From positions 203,119-267,118 of the IMG/VR virus record IMGVR_UViG_3300030329_006583: a stretch of 64,000 bases of DNA, one strand, 5' to 3'. A program made the position numbers and the translations under genes. The notes below the pieces were generated by a model. The model was not told the origin of the DNA. It did not search any database and saw only the letters and a list, made by a program, of their open reading frames with translations. Below, in pieces: positions 47,688-58,154 of the stretch. How positions within the stretch are numbered: position 1 is the stretch's first letter; the number at the start of each line of letters is the position of its first letter.

Positions 47688-48243
47688 TATCTTCCTTTTG
47701 ATTTATAAAGGGGTAATGTTCCCAACACCTAGGTTCATAATATTCAGCACCACCCACTGTAATCTCATCCAATCCCTTCACTTTGTGGTGAGTATAATAA
47801 GCATCGCGCCCAGTGCGAGGGCACACAGCGGGACAAATTTCAATTTTGGTAGCCCAAGGCATCATATCCCTCACCTCCTCAAAAACTTTCCCAGCAGCTG
47901 ATAATTGTAAAGATGACACAACAACTGTCACCCCGGTTTGAAAAATCTTCAAAAGTGCGATAGCTGAGCCATCAATCATGAACGCTTCATCCACCCCTAC
48001 CACATCAGGTTTGTATTCGGTGACCGCATCCCAGATTTCCTTCCCGTTAGAAACCAACGTGGCAGGAAACGTAGTACCTGAATGTGTGCTTATCTCTTTT
48101 TCAGTGTATCTATCGTCCATCCTTGGTTTAAATGCCATTACGCGTAAATTTTGATATGTAAATCTCTCAAGTGACGCCAACATTCGGGTGGTTTTAGAAC
48201 CAAACATAGGCCCTGTAAAAATAATAAAACTAGGATCTCTCAA
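47668..48243 (-). CDS. tdk: Thymidine kinase
   Basis: GPMFGSKT, VDEAF, VGGAEYYEPRC. Confidence 0.9.
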   Translation of the reverse strand: MRDPSFIIFTGPMFGSKTTRMLASLERFTYQNLRVMAFKPRMDDRYTEKEISTHSGTTFPATLVSNGKEIWDAVTEYKPDVVGVDEAFMIDGSAIALLKIFQTGVTVVVSSLQLSAAGKVFEEVRDMMPWATKIEICPAVCPRTGRDAYYTHHKVKGLDEITVGGAEYYEPRCWEHYPFINQKEDNVGKDI

Positions 48244-49254
48244 TTAATTCTCCTCCAATCCCCACCACGCAAATGTTTTTTCCAAGCCGGCGGCCAAATT
48301 TGTCTGGGGTGTGTATCCCAATTTTTCTTGTGCCAACGATGTATCAGCCAGGGTCTTCATTACATCACCTGGGCGCCAAGGGGCATGTTTAATTTTAATA
48401 TCATTGAACTTATTTTTAAAAATCTCCAGAATTTCATTATTTGAACATGATTCACCATACCCTACATTAAACACATTACCGCATACGTCATCTTTTGTAG
48501 TCGCGGCCAAAATATTTGCATTGACCACATCATCAACAAAAACCATATCCCTCACTTGAGTACCGTCACCATCACTACGAAGGGGGAGATTATTTTTTGT
48601 AGCATGACACCACGCGCCAATTGCAGTAGAATAAGGGCTGTCGCCGTATTGGTGTGGCCCATAAACATTGAAATACCTCAAAGACACAATTTTCATCCCA
48701 TAAAGTTTATGAAACAACTCAGCAAAATATTCTCCGCACAACTTTTGTAACGCATAAGGTGATTGAGGATCTTTCTCCATTGTTTCCGGCGTAGGAAAAA
48801 TCTGGGCATCTCCATATACCGATGATGAACTTGAAAATATTACACGCCGAGTATTGCCAACTGACACCTGAAATAAGGCTATGGTTTTAAATAAATTTGT
48901 TTCTGTGGTGGCCACTGGATCATCCACGGAATGTTCCACCCGGGGAAGGGCCGCCATATGAAAAACATAATCGTATATTCCTGATTTTACCCTATTTAAC
49001 ACATTATCATGCGCAAAATCGCCGGTTATAACCAAAACTTGTGTGGGGTTGATTTCGTGTTTATCTTCATGCTCTTCCTCATAAAGATGTAATAAATCTG
49101 CATGGACTGTGCGAGGTTTAACGCTGTCCAAAAAATCTAAATATCCGTTGGACATATCATCAACTACGTCCACAGACCAACCTTTTTTATGCAGCCCAAG
49201 AACTAAGTTGCTGCCAATAAAACCACACCCACCTGTCACCAAACATTTAACCAT
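48244..49254 (-). CDS. NAD-dependent NDP-sugar epimerase/dehydratase (GalE/WbpP-like)
   Basis: TGGCGFIGS, SSSSVYG, YALQK, LRYFNVYGP. Confidence 0.9.
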   Translation of the reverse strand: MVKCLVTGGCGFIGSNLVLGLHKKGWSVDVVDDMSNGYLDFLDSVKPRTVHADLLHLYEEEHEDKHEINPTQVLVITGDFAHDNVLNRVKSGIYDYVFHMAALPRVEHSVDDPVATTETNLFKTIALFQVSVGNTRRVIFSSSSSVYGDAQIFPTPETMEKDPQSPYALQKLCGEYFAELFHKLYGMKIVSLRYFNVYGPHQYGDSPYSTAIGAWCHATKNNLPLRSDGDGTQVRDMVFVDDVVNANILAATTKDDVCGNVFNVGYGESCSNNEILEIFKNKFNDIKIKHAPWRPGDVMKTLADTSLAQEKLGYTPQTNLAAGLEKTFAWWGLEEN

Positions 49255-49264
49255 AATTTTCCCC

Positions 49265-50257
49265 TTATTCCAAAATATGATATCCCACAAAATTGGTGGA
49301 ATTTTGAACCGCAATCGAATCTTTTTCCAAGCCTAATTTTTTAAGCCGATGAGATACCAAAATTTTCCCCCAATCTTTCCAATATGAAACATCATCAATC
49401 TCAAGGCCATCAATTTCCTCGATTAACGCATTAATTTCTTCAACGTCATTCAATAAACGTAGATGTTTTTCAAATAACATCATTTCCTTAATCGGCATAT
49501 CCTTTGATAATGCCGGCATTTCACCGCGAGCCAATTGAAGCATTTTTGATTGACCTACTTCCTCGGAACGTAAAATATTCTCAACCATTTCAAAATGCCT
49601 TTCATAAATGTGAAGTGAATTACTGATATGTGTATATGTCCCTAACTCCACACCTAGTTCCAAAGCCAACATTTCTTGAAACATGGTAAATGCAGGAATA
49701 TCATAGGCAATCCCAAGTATCAAATCTGATGATCTCATATTAGTAATCATATGCAATTTTTCATCCCTGATCAAAAATTGCAAGGTGAGAGTACAAGGCA
49801 CATCCAGCTTTGCACTAACAGAATCCCATGGGCTCCGAATGTGAATGACGGCCCTCCTAGAATCTGGATCTTTCTTCAATTCATCAATAATGTATTCCCA
49901 CTGAATCAAGGAAAAATTAGCAATCCTGCCATGTGGTTTAAATATCCTGGCACCATATGCCGAATTAGCTGTCTTACCATCATCACTAATATTATTCCAA
50001 AATGACGAATAATTTGCGATCCACTCTGTTGAGTCATCCCCGGAAAGATACCACAATAACTCCGCAATCATATAATGCATTGAAAATTTACGTGGCCGAA
50101 CATAAGGAATTCTATTCCTTGGGTTTTTCAGCACAAACTTCACTGCCAATTTCTCTTTCACTTTTTGGCCACGGGGACTGGAAATATAATCAGGGGAATT
50201 GTAGACGTCATTTAACAAACTTAAATAACAATCGGTAAAATTATCAAAATTACGCAT
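49265..50257 (-). CDS. Thymidylate-synthase-fold dCMP-modifying enzyme (hydroxymethylase-like)
   Basis: ELLWY, DSRRAV, VPCT, MRSSDLILGIAYD (Asp at the specificity position), SLHIYE. Confidence 0.8.
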   Translation of the reverse strand: MRNFDNFTDCYLSLLNDVYNSPDYISSPRGQKVKEKLAVKFVLKNPRNRIPYVRPRKFSMHYMIAELLWYLSGDDSTEWIANYSSFWNNISDDGKTANSAYGARIFKPHGRIANFSLIQWEYIIDELKKDPDSRRAVIHIRSPWDSVSAKLDVPCTLTLQFLIRDEKLHMITNMRSSDLILGIAYDIPAFTMFQEMLALELGVELGTYTHISNSLHIYERHFEMVENILRSEEVGQSKMLQLARGEMPALSKDMPIKEMMLFEKHLRLLNDVEEINALIEEIDGLEIDDVSYWKDWGKILVSHRLKKLGLEKDSIAVQNSTNFVGYHILE

Positions 50258-51580
50258 TTAATTGTCCTCCTTCACTGATTTTTCAACAGATAAAAGTCTC
50301 ATTTTACGCAAAGCCGCAGTGGTTGTACGCTCATAACTACACCTTTTTTGAACGGCATTTCGCAAACCCCATTCATCATTAAATGTCACGGTACCAATTT
50401 CATCCTCTGAAGTATAACAGTTTTTTTGAGCATTGTCAATCAAATTATCCAAAACATTCACCACATCACTCAAATCCGGATTGGCAACATATGGATAGTT
50501 CACTTCATCTGCAATTAATTTATATTCATAATTGTCTACCCAAAGTGGTAAACACCCCAATTCAATGCATTCACGAGCCGCAGTGCCACCATAGCTATCG
50601 ACGTTATAAAGACCCACGGCAATATGTGATTTGCGTGCTACGTATCGATATTCATTTCTGGTAAATGTATCATCAATCAAATGAAGATAAGGTTGGCAAT
50701 ATTGTTGTAATTCTTTATTTGAAAATTTCTGTGAAGGATTGCCTGCAATTACCACAAAATCCTGCCTTTTTTCATAAAGTTGATTACACAATTCAAATAA
50801 AAATTTACCACAATTTGTATAATCAGAGCTCCTACCCATTCCACCCACACGATTAGGTACAAAAATCACAGTTTTATCAGCAGGTATTTCAAACCTAAGT
50901 TCATTGACATCAACATTTTTTGTGATTTCTTCCTTAGAATAACCATCATCCCATGGGGAAGATTTCTCTGCGATTTGTGTAACTAATTTATCCTTATGTT
51001 CTACAGCCAATGAATCCAAGAAAATATTCAATGCAGATTCACATTGCCAAAAATTATAGTCTGCTTTGTCAGCAGCCTCAATTTGCCCGCGCCATAATGA
51101 ACCCTCCAACGGAAATTTAGGTGCCGCAGGATTATCAATAAAATGAGAATGCACTGCAAAAAAGGGTTGATATCCCCCTTCCAGAAAAAACAAGGTTTTA
51201 AAATTCCTCAGCAACATGGGATCATTAATATACACATGAGAATAACGTAGTGAATTTTGGGTTTTATGCCCTTTTAAATTAAGCAAGATTGCCAGCGCTT
51301 CAAAATCAAAATCATAACGTGTGGCAAGAGCATTAGGAATGATTTTGTGCCTGAGATAATTAACCCTTGGGTTTATATTAATATCCGGATATAACTGTTC
51401 AGGCTGGGTTATGACCTGTTCACGCAACGGGCACATAATATCAATATGCAAATCTGGTACCAGATCTAACATTACCCTCACCCTTCCCATCACCATCTGC
51501 CAGCCGGAATCTGCCTCTAGAATAAATTTTCCATTAGAATCATAATTTGACAATTGGGTTTGAATCAATAGTTTTTTCAT
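50258..51580 (-). CDS. Putative GT-B glycosyltransferase
   Basis: VIFVPNR, DSYGGTAARECIELGCLP (resembles the GT4 ExFG..xxE motif); gene context. Confidence 0.6.
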   Translation of the reverse strand: MKKLLIQTQLSNYDSNGKFILEADSGWQMVMGRVRVMLDLVPDLHIDIMCPLREQVITQPEQLYPDININPRVNYLRHKIIPNALATRYDFDFEALAILLNLKGHKTQNSLRYSHVYINDPMLLRNFKTLFFLEGGYQPFFAVHSHFIDNPAAPKFPLEGSLWRGQIEAADKADYNFWQCESALNIFLDSLAVEHKDKLVTQIAEKSSPWDDGYSKEEITKNVDVNELRFEIPADKTVIFVPNRVGGMGRSSDYTNCGKFLFELCNQLYEKRQDFVVIAGNPSQKFSNKELQQYCQPYLHLIDDTFTRNEYRYVARKSHIAVGLYNVDSYGGTAARECIELGCLPLWVDNYEYKLIADEVNYPYVANPDLSDVVNVLDNLIDNAQKNCYTSEDEIGTVTFNDEWGLRNAVQKRCSYERTTTAALRKMRLLSVEKSVKEDN

Positions 51581-52107
51581 TTTTTACCTTTTAAAAATGC
51601 TGTAATTTCATCAATCTCTTGTTCTAAATCTTCACTATCAACATTCAAATAATAAATGTCGCATTGTGTCCATTTACCAAATTCAAAATAAAGCTTTGAT
51701 AATTTATTTAAATTTTCCTCTGTTAATAAATCGGGGCGATCTTCATCATATAAACCAGAATAATCAGATCTGAAACATACAATGATTTTGGTACCCAATG
51801 ATGCAAAATGTCGATCAGAATTTCTCACCGCTGATAAATCTGTTTCTCGATGAAAAAATTGAGAATATACCCACTCACAAGGATAGGCACGATCCAATAT
51901 CAAAGAATAGCCGGTTTGGCTTAGTAAATCCAACATACGTGGATCTGCATATCTCATTTCATTAATAAAGTTTTTTTCATTTCTAAATTTTGATTTTTCA
52001 TCACAAGCCTTAAAGGTTGGAATACCTAATCGGGAGGATAATTCATGCGCAATTTCTGTTTTTCCTGTTTTATCCGGACCACAAAAAATTATAAGTTGCT
52101 GTTCCAT
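51577..52107 (-). CDS. dNMP kinase (thymidylate-kinase-like)
   Basis: GPDKTGKT, ILDR. Confidence 0.8.
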   Translation of the reverse strand: MEQQLIIFCGPDKTGKTEIAHELSSRLGIPTFKACDEKSKFRNEKNFINEMRYADPRMLDLLSQTGYSLILDRAYPCEWVYSQFFHRETDLSAVRNSDRHFASLGTKIIVCFRSDYSGLYDEDRPDLLTEENLNKLSKLYFEFGKWTQCDIYYLNVDSEDLEQEIDEITAFLKGKK

Positions 52108-52155
52108 TTTAAAATCACCAATTAAAGATTAATAACCAGGTTTAAATTATTTAAA

Positions 52156-55100
52156 TTAAGTTAACAGTTGTTTAAATTTACCAAAATTAGTAGACATTCC
52201 AAATTCATTTTGATTGATCTCAGCAACACAAATTGAATAAGCCGGAACATCTGTTTTGCCATCCCAACCCCACATAAACATTTTTGAAACTTTCCCTGAT
52301 GATCCTGTAATCTCAAGCAAAAGATAGGGTCGTTTGTTTTTTGTCAATTTAGAATGTGCAGCCTTTACAACAAACCAATATAAATCTTTGCCGTGATATT
52401 CATCAATTGCTGCAATTTCTTTTTCAGCAAATTTTTGTTTAATTTGTTCCGGAATTAAAAGACTGGCGTCAAAACTACCAAGCAAAGAAGTACTCATCTC
52501 AGCCCTTTCCTTGGCACCCCATTCATCACACCTTTCTTCTTCCAGTATGGCCTGACGATAATTGTTAATCCCACGTTCAGGATCACTTTTTGTTCGCTTT
52601 CTTAAATCATTATAGTGATCAATCAAAACATGATGCATATGCTTATAACTGGAAAATTCTTTGTTATCTCCTACCACATCCATGGATTCAAAAGCGCCAA
52701 TTTTAATTAAATTTTCCAATGCGCGTTTATTAAATTTTGAATGCCTCCAAATTCCTTCTTCATCCCACAACATTTCCCTTATGTTTCGATAAGGTCTTTT
52801 TTCAACAATTTCATCAATTGCAGAAGATCCCACGCCTTTACAAGAAAGAAATGAAGGCATAAACTTCTTGCCGTCAAGGATAGTCCAACTATCTGTGGCA
52901 TAATTAACGTCAATAGGGATAATATCATATCCCAACGCCCTAACCTCTGAAAATGCTTTGGCACGCTTATCAGCATTTGATGACATGGATTCCAGGTATG
53001 CACAAAGCCATTCCTCTTCATAATACGTCATCAGCCATGCACAAAAATATGAATCCATTGCATAAGAAACAGCGTGACTCATATTAAAACCATACCCGGC
53101 AAAATAAAGAATCTTTTCGTAAAGATCACTAGCAACTGAATTTGGTACCCCGTTTTTAACGGCGCCTTCAACAAAACTGCTTTTTAATTCATTAGCCTTT
53201 TTAATTGCCGCTGCACCACCGGAGATGCTGCGTTTCATGATAGCCTTTCTGACTTTATCGCATTCATCCTTGGGAAAACCTGCGACTACATTAGCTAATT
53301 TCATTACCTGTTCTTGAAAAATAATCATCCCATACGTAGGCTCTAAAACCTCCTTAATCAACGGATGTTGGTAATCAATATTCTCAGGTTCCAGCTTGTT
53401 TTTAATGTATAATTTATGAACATTGGCCGCCAGAGGCCCTGGGCGATAAATAGAGGTAAGAGTAGCAATATCAATTAAATTACGAGGCTTTGCCTTCATA
53501 AATAGTCGCTGGGCACCCCTATTTGTTAATTGAAAGATTCCGCCCCACCTACCGGAATGATATACATACTCATACACCTGTGGGTCATCAAAATCTATCA
53601 CACTTGGTGCCATGTTTTCTTCGTACCATTTTCTTACATCTGCAAATGCCGGTTTATCTACACCGCAGTGCCTCTGCAAAATCAATTCAATGGCACGTTC
53701 TACAATGCGAAGTGTTTCCAAACCCAGGAGATCAAATTTAATCCAACCAAATTCTTCCAGGTGTTTAAAATTTGTACCTTCCACCCACGGCGTTTGGGTT
53801 TCACCTTTGGCCAAAATAAGAGGCATTCTTTGGGGAACATTCTCTGAAACAATAACCCCGCCTGCATGACGACCTAGCGCCTTGTTTTGCTTAAACAATA
53901 CTCCCATGGGATTAGCCACTTCCGGGTATTTATCAATGAATTTTTTAAATGATTCACTGTGTTTAATTGCATCTTCGTATTTTAACACAAAAAGATTCTT
54001 GTCTTCACCGTGTTTGGTAACAGCTTTACGAACATCCTGTTCCACCGTCCGGGTGGCTGCATTGGCTTCATCAAAAGGAATCCCATAAAATCTCGATATA
54101 TCTTTCACCAACGTCTTTAATTTAAATGTGTTATAATTGGAAATTGGAACAATGTTCTCACCCCCAAAATTATCTTTAAGCAAATCAATAAGCAAATCCC
54201 GATTGGAAATATCTGTGTCAATATCAGGATATTCTAAACGATACTTGCTCAAAAAACGTTCAAAAAGAAGGTTGTATTTAATAGGATCGACGTCGGTGAT
54301 ATAAAGAACATAATTAACCAGTGAACCCGCACCGGAACCGCGGCCTGGACCGATTAACATCCGATCTCGAGCAACATCCAAAATTGCTTTCATCGTTAAA
54401 AAGTAGGCACTAAATTTGCGTTCTTTAATAACCGCCAGTTCCATTTTTAACCGATCGATATATTCTGGCTCATCAGCTAACCCACGTTTTATGAGTCCCT
54501 CTTTACACGCCTCCAATAATGCTTTATCGGCAGTCAAACCCTCGGGAATAACATAAGAAGGCAATTTAGGACTTTGATCGGGGTGAATGTCCCCAATTTC
54601 TTCATACACAATATCATGAGTACGTTCAATTGCCCCATGAATTATGTTATCATCATAAAAATCATACTGTTTAGTTGTGTCTTGATAGGATTCCCAAACC
54701 TGATTGGCGTTTTTGGGATAAAGTTCACACTTTAAATCCTCTTTGGACTGAGGGAGTTTGGAAGGATCAAAATCACGATAATTAAGCCAGCCCAATTTTT
54801 TATAAAGTTCCCGCTCCTTCCAATGTTCAGGACGGGCATAATGAGAATCTGTGGTTACAACGAGCTGTTCCTGCAAACCGGCATTGTCTGCAAATTTCAT
54901 AATGGCCCTATTGACCAGGTGCTGTGCCGGTAATTGGTTGAATTGAAGCTCTAGTTTAACATTCCCACGACCCACTGAATGTTCCAGTTGTTCATAAGCA
55001 TTCCCTACCCCCAATAATACCTTTTCAAACAAATTCTTATCATCCAACAAACTGGCATGTAAATTATCAAATTCTACTTCCTGTAGGTGTTTAAAAACCT

Positions 55101-55758
55101 CATAACATAAGGGACCGCCCAAACATGCGGTAGAGATCATCAGGTGACCTCCCTTCGCCGCTTCTTTTAGCATCTTATAATCAACTCGAGGAAACCGATA
55201 AAACCCCTCCATGTACCCACGAGACACCAGGTGAAACAAGCGTTGAAGACCTTCCGACGTTTTTGGAAGCACCACCAGGTGGTGGCGGCGCTTAATTGGA
55301 TCATAAAACTTACCTGATTTAGTTTCCTCCTCGTTTTCAATTGTTAGGCTAGCTGCATCTGTAGAAATATCAAGGGTTTCATCATCACCATCTAATTTAG
55401 CAGTGAGGGGGGTAACTAATTTTTCCCGTTGGGCACGCAATACAGCTAGTGCATCAGTGTCACCTTTCTTTGCCGCTTTTTGAATTTCGTAATCAAGCTT
55501 CCATGCCTCAAGATCCGGATGAACATACATTTCACAACCAGGTACAAACTTAAAATTAGCACCGGCTTTATTCAATTTTTCCGCATGCAAATAAGCATGT
55601 GCAAAACTATTCATATGGCCATGGTTCGTCAAACACCACGCATCCATTCCATTTCCCCTCACAAAATCAATGTGTTCCTGAGGGTAATCCAACCCATCAA
55701 AAGTGGAAAATCCATCATGGGCATGCAGGCTTACAAAACGATTCGGTTCTCTACTCAT
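52156..55758 (-). CDS. dnaE: DNA polymerase III alpha subunit (family C)
   Basis: PHP HAHDGFS/TNHG/DSHY; GPGRGSGAGSLV; PDIDTD; KFDLLGL; YGFNMSHA. Confidence 0.95.
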   Translation of the reverse strand: MSREPNRFVSLHAHDGFSTFDGLDYPQEHIDFVRGNGMDAWCLTNHGHMNSFAHAYLHAEKLNKAGANFKFVPGCEMYVHPDLEAWKLDYEIQKAAKKGDTDALAVLRAQREKLVTPLTAKLDGDDETLDISTDAASLTIENEEETKSGKFYDPIKRRHHLVVLPKTSEGLQRLFHLVSRGYMEGFYRFPRVDYKMLKEAAKGGHLMISTACLGGPLCYEVFKHLQEVEFDNLHASLLDDKNLFEKVLLGVGNAYEQLEHSVGRGNVKLELQFNQLPAQHLVNRAIMKFADNAGLQEQLVVTTDSHYARPEHWKERELYKKLGWLNYRDFDPSKLPQSKEDLKCELYPKNANQVWESYQDTTKQYDFYDDNIIHGAIERTHDIVYEEIGDIHPDQSPKLPSYVIPEGLTADKALLEACKEGLIKRGLADEPEYIDRLKMELAVIKERKFSAYFLTMKAILDVARDRMLIGPGRGSGAGSLVNYVLYITDVDPIKYNLLFERFLSKYRLEYPDIDTDISNRDLLIDLLKDNFGGENIVPISNYNTFKLKTLVKDISRFYGIPFDEANAATRTVEQDVRKAVTKHGEDKNLFVLKYEDAIKHSESFKKFIDKYPEVANPMGVLFKQNKALGRHAGGVIVSENVPQRMPLILAKGETQTPWVEGTNFKHLEEFGWIKFDLLGLETLRIVERAIELILQRHCGVDKPAFADVRKWYEENMAPSVIDFDDPQVYEYVYHSGRWGGIFQLTNRGAQRLFMKAKPRNLIDIATLTSIYRPGPLAANVHKLYIKNKLEPENIDYQHPLIKEVLEPTYGMIIFQEQVMKLANVVAGFPKDECDKVRKAIMKRSISGGAAAIKKANELKSSFVEGAVKNGVPNSVASDLYEKILYFAGYGFNMSHAVSYAMDSYFCAWLMTYYEEEWLCAYLESMSSNADKRAKAFSEVRALGYDIIPIDVNYATDSWTILDGKKFMPSFLSCKGVGSSAIDEIVEKRPYRNIREMLWDEEGIWRHSKFNKRALENLIKIGAFESMDVVGDNKEFSSYKHMHHVLIDHYNDLRKRTKSDPERGINNYRQAILEEERCDEWGAKERAEMSTSLLGSFDASLLIPEQIKQKFAEKEIAAIDEYHGKDLYWFVVKAAHSKLTKNKRPYLLLEITGSSGKVSKMFMWGWDGKTDVPAYSICVAEINQNEFGMSTNFGKFKQLLT

Positions 55759-55788
55759 TCAAACTTACCTCTTCCGGAAAATAAAAAA

Positions 55789-55818
55789 GCACTCAATTGT
55801 ATTGTAACAATTGAGTGC
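55789..55818 (-). terminator. 12-bp perfect hairpin with T-tract; its loop is the -10 box of the dnaE promoter
   Basis: GCACTCAATTGT-TACAAT-ACAATTGAGTGC-TTTTTT. Confidence 0.7.
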
Positions 55819-55830
55819 CAAATTTACACG
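55801..55830 (-). promoter_or_regulatory. Promoter CGTGTAA-N17-TACAAT upstream of dnaE
   Basis: Recurrent motif with TG extended -10. Confidence 0.65.
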
Positions 55831-55847
55831 AATATTGATAAATTAAT

Positions 55848-56243
55848 CTATTTTTTTGTAGAAGTCCCAACAATATATTGCGCAATCTCTTCTTTGATTA
55901 TTTGACTCATGCGTTCTGGACTAATGCCTTCGCCAATTTTCACGCCGGTTCCTTCGGAAGATGCTTTATCAAGCGCCTTAGTGCCCAATGTTTCAGCATA
56001 ATTAAGCATTTTTTGAAAAGCAGGCACATCGTGTTGTGCCATGGCGATCAGTACCTGAAGGATTATGGCCATTTCATCATTAAATTTTACAGGAATATTG
56101 GCCACTAAGTCAGCGGCATCTGTTTTAAGGGCCTTTGTAAATTCTGCGTTTGTCAAACGAGCCTGATCATCTTGTTCCAATAAAAAACGTAATGCCAACT
56201 CTTCTTTTATGATTTTTCGCAATAATCTATTGTTTAGGTGCAT
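55848..56243 (-). CDS. Protein tagged at both ends
   Basis: NRLLRKIIKEEL..LLEQ and ERMSQIIKEEI. Confidence 0.75.
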   Translation of the reverse strand: MHLNNRLLRKIIKEELALRFLLEQDDQARLTNAEFTKALKTDAADLVANIPVKFNDEMAIILQVLIAMAQHDVPAFQKMLNYAETLGTKALDKASSEGTGVKIGEGISPERMSQIIKEEIAQYIVGTSTKK

Positions 56244-56286
56244 CTATAATCTCCTGCTTGGTAATTTTAATTATCCAATTCATTAA

Positions 56287-56673
56287 TTAATAACCATTAT
56301 CAAGCCGAGAATGAATAATATTATCCTTGGTTTTATAGGCATTAAAAAGCTCCGAGGCATCCACACCCACCAATACTAACACAGATAGAAAATAATTGAA
56401 AGCATCCACCATTTCCTCAACAAACTCGTCCCTATTGAATTCACCGTTTTGTGTATCACGGTGGGGTTTCCAGTTCTTCAGGTGTTGCAATGCCTCAAAC
56501 ATCTCCTCCACCCCTCTTAATGCCATATCTCGCACATGTTGCTGTGACTTTTTATCACCAACATTAATAGGCCATTCGGGATACTCACCAGGCTTGATTT
56601 GTTGTAATCTCTTCATAAATGCCTGGCGTAGTTCAAACATTTCATGAAGTGAATCAGTTTGGTTCATCTTCAC
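56287..56673 (-). CDS. All-alpha NTP pyrophosphatase (dimeric dUTPase/dCTPase, MazG superfamily)
   Basis: EEMFEA..LKNWKPH...EEMVDAF. Confidence 0.8.
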   Translation of the reverse strand: MKMNQTDSLHEMFELRQAFMKRLQQIKPGEYPEWPINVGDKKSQQHVRDMALRGVEEMFEALQHLKNWKPHRDTQNGEFNRDEFVEEMVDAFNYFLSVLVLVGVDASELFNAYKTKDNIIHSRLDNGY

Positions 56674-56878
56674 CTATACCCTCCAACATTGCCTCAATAT
56701 TGTTTTCAAATTGAGATTTATATTCCTCGGCCAGATAAATGGTGTCATCAGCCACCGTTAACCTCGCCTGCCTAAAATGATCTACCACATCTGTTCCAGA
56801 AATGATTGCCATTTGCACCAATTTCGCAATTTGACCAATCACCTCATCGGAAAGTTTTAAATTTGTATTATCACTCAT
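56654..56878 (-). CDS. Small hypothetical protein
   Basis: GGAG RBS; LSDEVIGQIAKLVQ. Confidence 0.65.
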   Translation of the reverse strand: MSDNTNLKLSDEVIGQIAKLVQMAIISGTDVVDHFRQARLTVADDTIYLAEEYKSQFENNIEAMLEGIGEDEPN

Positions 56879-56886
56879 TTTTTCTC

Positions 56887-57690
56887 CTATATTTGAATGG
56901 CAGGACACCAGTGGGTAGTCCTACCGTCTGCAGTTTGCTCCCTAATTACTTCATTTCCATCAGGATCTGTTTTTTGATTATATACCAAAAATTTCCTAGC
57001 GTATTCACCTTCTGATCCATCAAAATTTTTATAAGTTTTAATGGTAGCCCCACCACTCTCAAAACTTTCTCGCATCACTAATTGAATAGAACGATTAAGT
57101 GAAATTAATTCCTGGTCTGACATATCAATTACTCGACGATAGGGGCTGATTTTTGACAACCAAAGAGAATCTGCCTTTATGTAATTTCCCACCCCTGCAA
57201 CCACAGATTGATCCATCAATGCCTTTGTAATTTCCCACTTATTCTTTTTCCGCAATCTACCAATGAACATTTCATTATCTACATCAGTGGCTAACATATC
57301 TGGGCCTAGTGAGGTTAATTTTTCAATCAAGTTAAATTTCCCTCTGACAAATTTAATTGTGCCAAAATTACGTTGATCATTAAAATATACCATACCATCA
57401 TTTAAATGAAAACGCAAACGAGGGTGTTTAGTGACGACTTCGCTCCATCCCCCAGTCATCCCAAGCGTACACCATATAGAATATTCGTCATCCAATAACC
57501 AATACATAAATTTTCCATGGCATCCCGCACCGACGACCCTGATTGGAAATCTAGGGGCAATTATTTCAATGCCACTTGGTGGTTTTTTTTGATAACGCCC
57601 ATCTAAAATTTCAACAGCTTTTAGCGTACGCCCAGATACACGTTCCGCCAGTTGTTGTGCAATCCTTCTAACCTCTGGACCTTCAGGCAC
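56887..57690 (-). CDS. mutM: Fpg/Nei DNA glycosylase with zincless finger
   Basis: MPEGPEV, HGK, LGMTG, LMDQSVVAGVGNY, GRTTHWCP without four Cys. Confidence 0.88.
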   Translation of the reverse strand: MPEGPEVRRIAQQLAERVSGRTLKAVEILDGRYQKKPPSGIEIIAPRFPIRVVGAGCHGKFMYWLLDDEYSIWCTLGMTGGWSEVVTKHPRLRFHLNDGMVYFNDQRNFGTIKFVRGKFNLIEKLTSLGPDMLATDVDNEMFIGRLRKKNKWEITKALMDQSVVAGVGNYIKADSLWLSKISPYRRVIDMSDQELISLNRSIQLVMRESFESGGATIKTYKNFDGSEGEYARKFLVYNQKTDPDGNEVIREQTADGRTTHWCPAIQI

Positions 57691-58123
57691 GACCAGCCTC
57701 CATCAACCAATTATGGTAATCATTTAAAGCATGATCAGTAGGTTGTACATGTTCCCAATCACCTTTGCAAAATATTCGCCATGCATCATCGGCATACTTG
57801 CCACACCCATAAAGATCGGAGGCTGTCTCCCAATCGCCTGTTAAAAAACCTTTTGAGAATTTTTTCAAAGTATTAATCCGACGATTGTACATACCTAAAG
57901 GCTTAAGAATTTCTCGCAATCCCAATTCATCAGCATCTAAAATTGCTTGTGCATTTGGGTATTTTTTAAAAAACTCATCAATCATAGGATCTACTTGTTT
58001 ACGTGAAGTTTGATTCAACAATAAACAACATACCAGGATCTTCCACTGATCAGGCCAGTAATCCTCTTGTAATAATGCATGCGGTGATCTCGGTGGTTGC
58101 CAGTGCATCACTACCTCCTTCAC
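57683..58123 (-). CDS. MBD4-like HhH mismatch DNA glycosylase
   Basis: LLQE...WKILVCCLLLNQT, LKPLG, LYGCGKYADDAWRIF, DHALNDYHNWL. Confidence 0.8.
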   Translation of the reverse strand: MKEVVMHWQPPRSPHALLQEDYWPDQWKILVCCLLLNQTSRKQVDPMIDEFFKKYPNAQAILDADELGLREILKPLGMYNRRINTLKKFSKGFLTGDWETASDLYGCGKYADDAWRIFCKGDWEHVQPTDHALNDYHNWLMEAGRA

Positions 58124-58154
58124 AATAATAAAAAGAATAAAAATGGTGTATAAA

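Noticed and set aside
49265-50257. Canonical thyA
   Set aside because: Asp replaces the dUMP-specifying Asn and thyX is present, so a dCMP-modifying role fits better.
55280-55510. Intein in DnaE
   Set aside because: There is an insertion in the PHP domain, but it is short and lacks the C/S start, HN-C end and LAGLIDADG motifs.
55786-55821. CIRCE (HrcA) operator, half-sites TTGGCACTC...GAGTGC
   Set aside because: The spacer is 18 nt rather than 9, and the site precedes dnaE rather than a chaperone gene.
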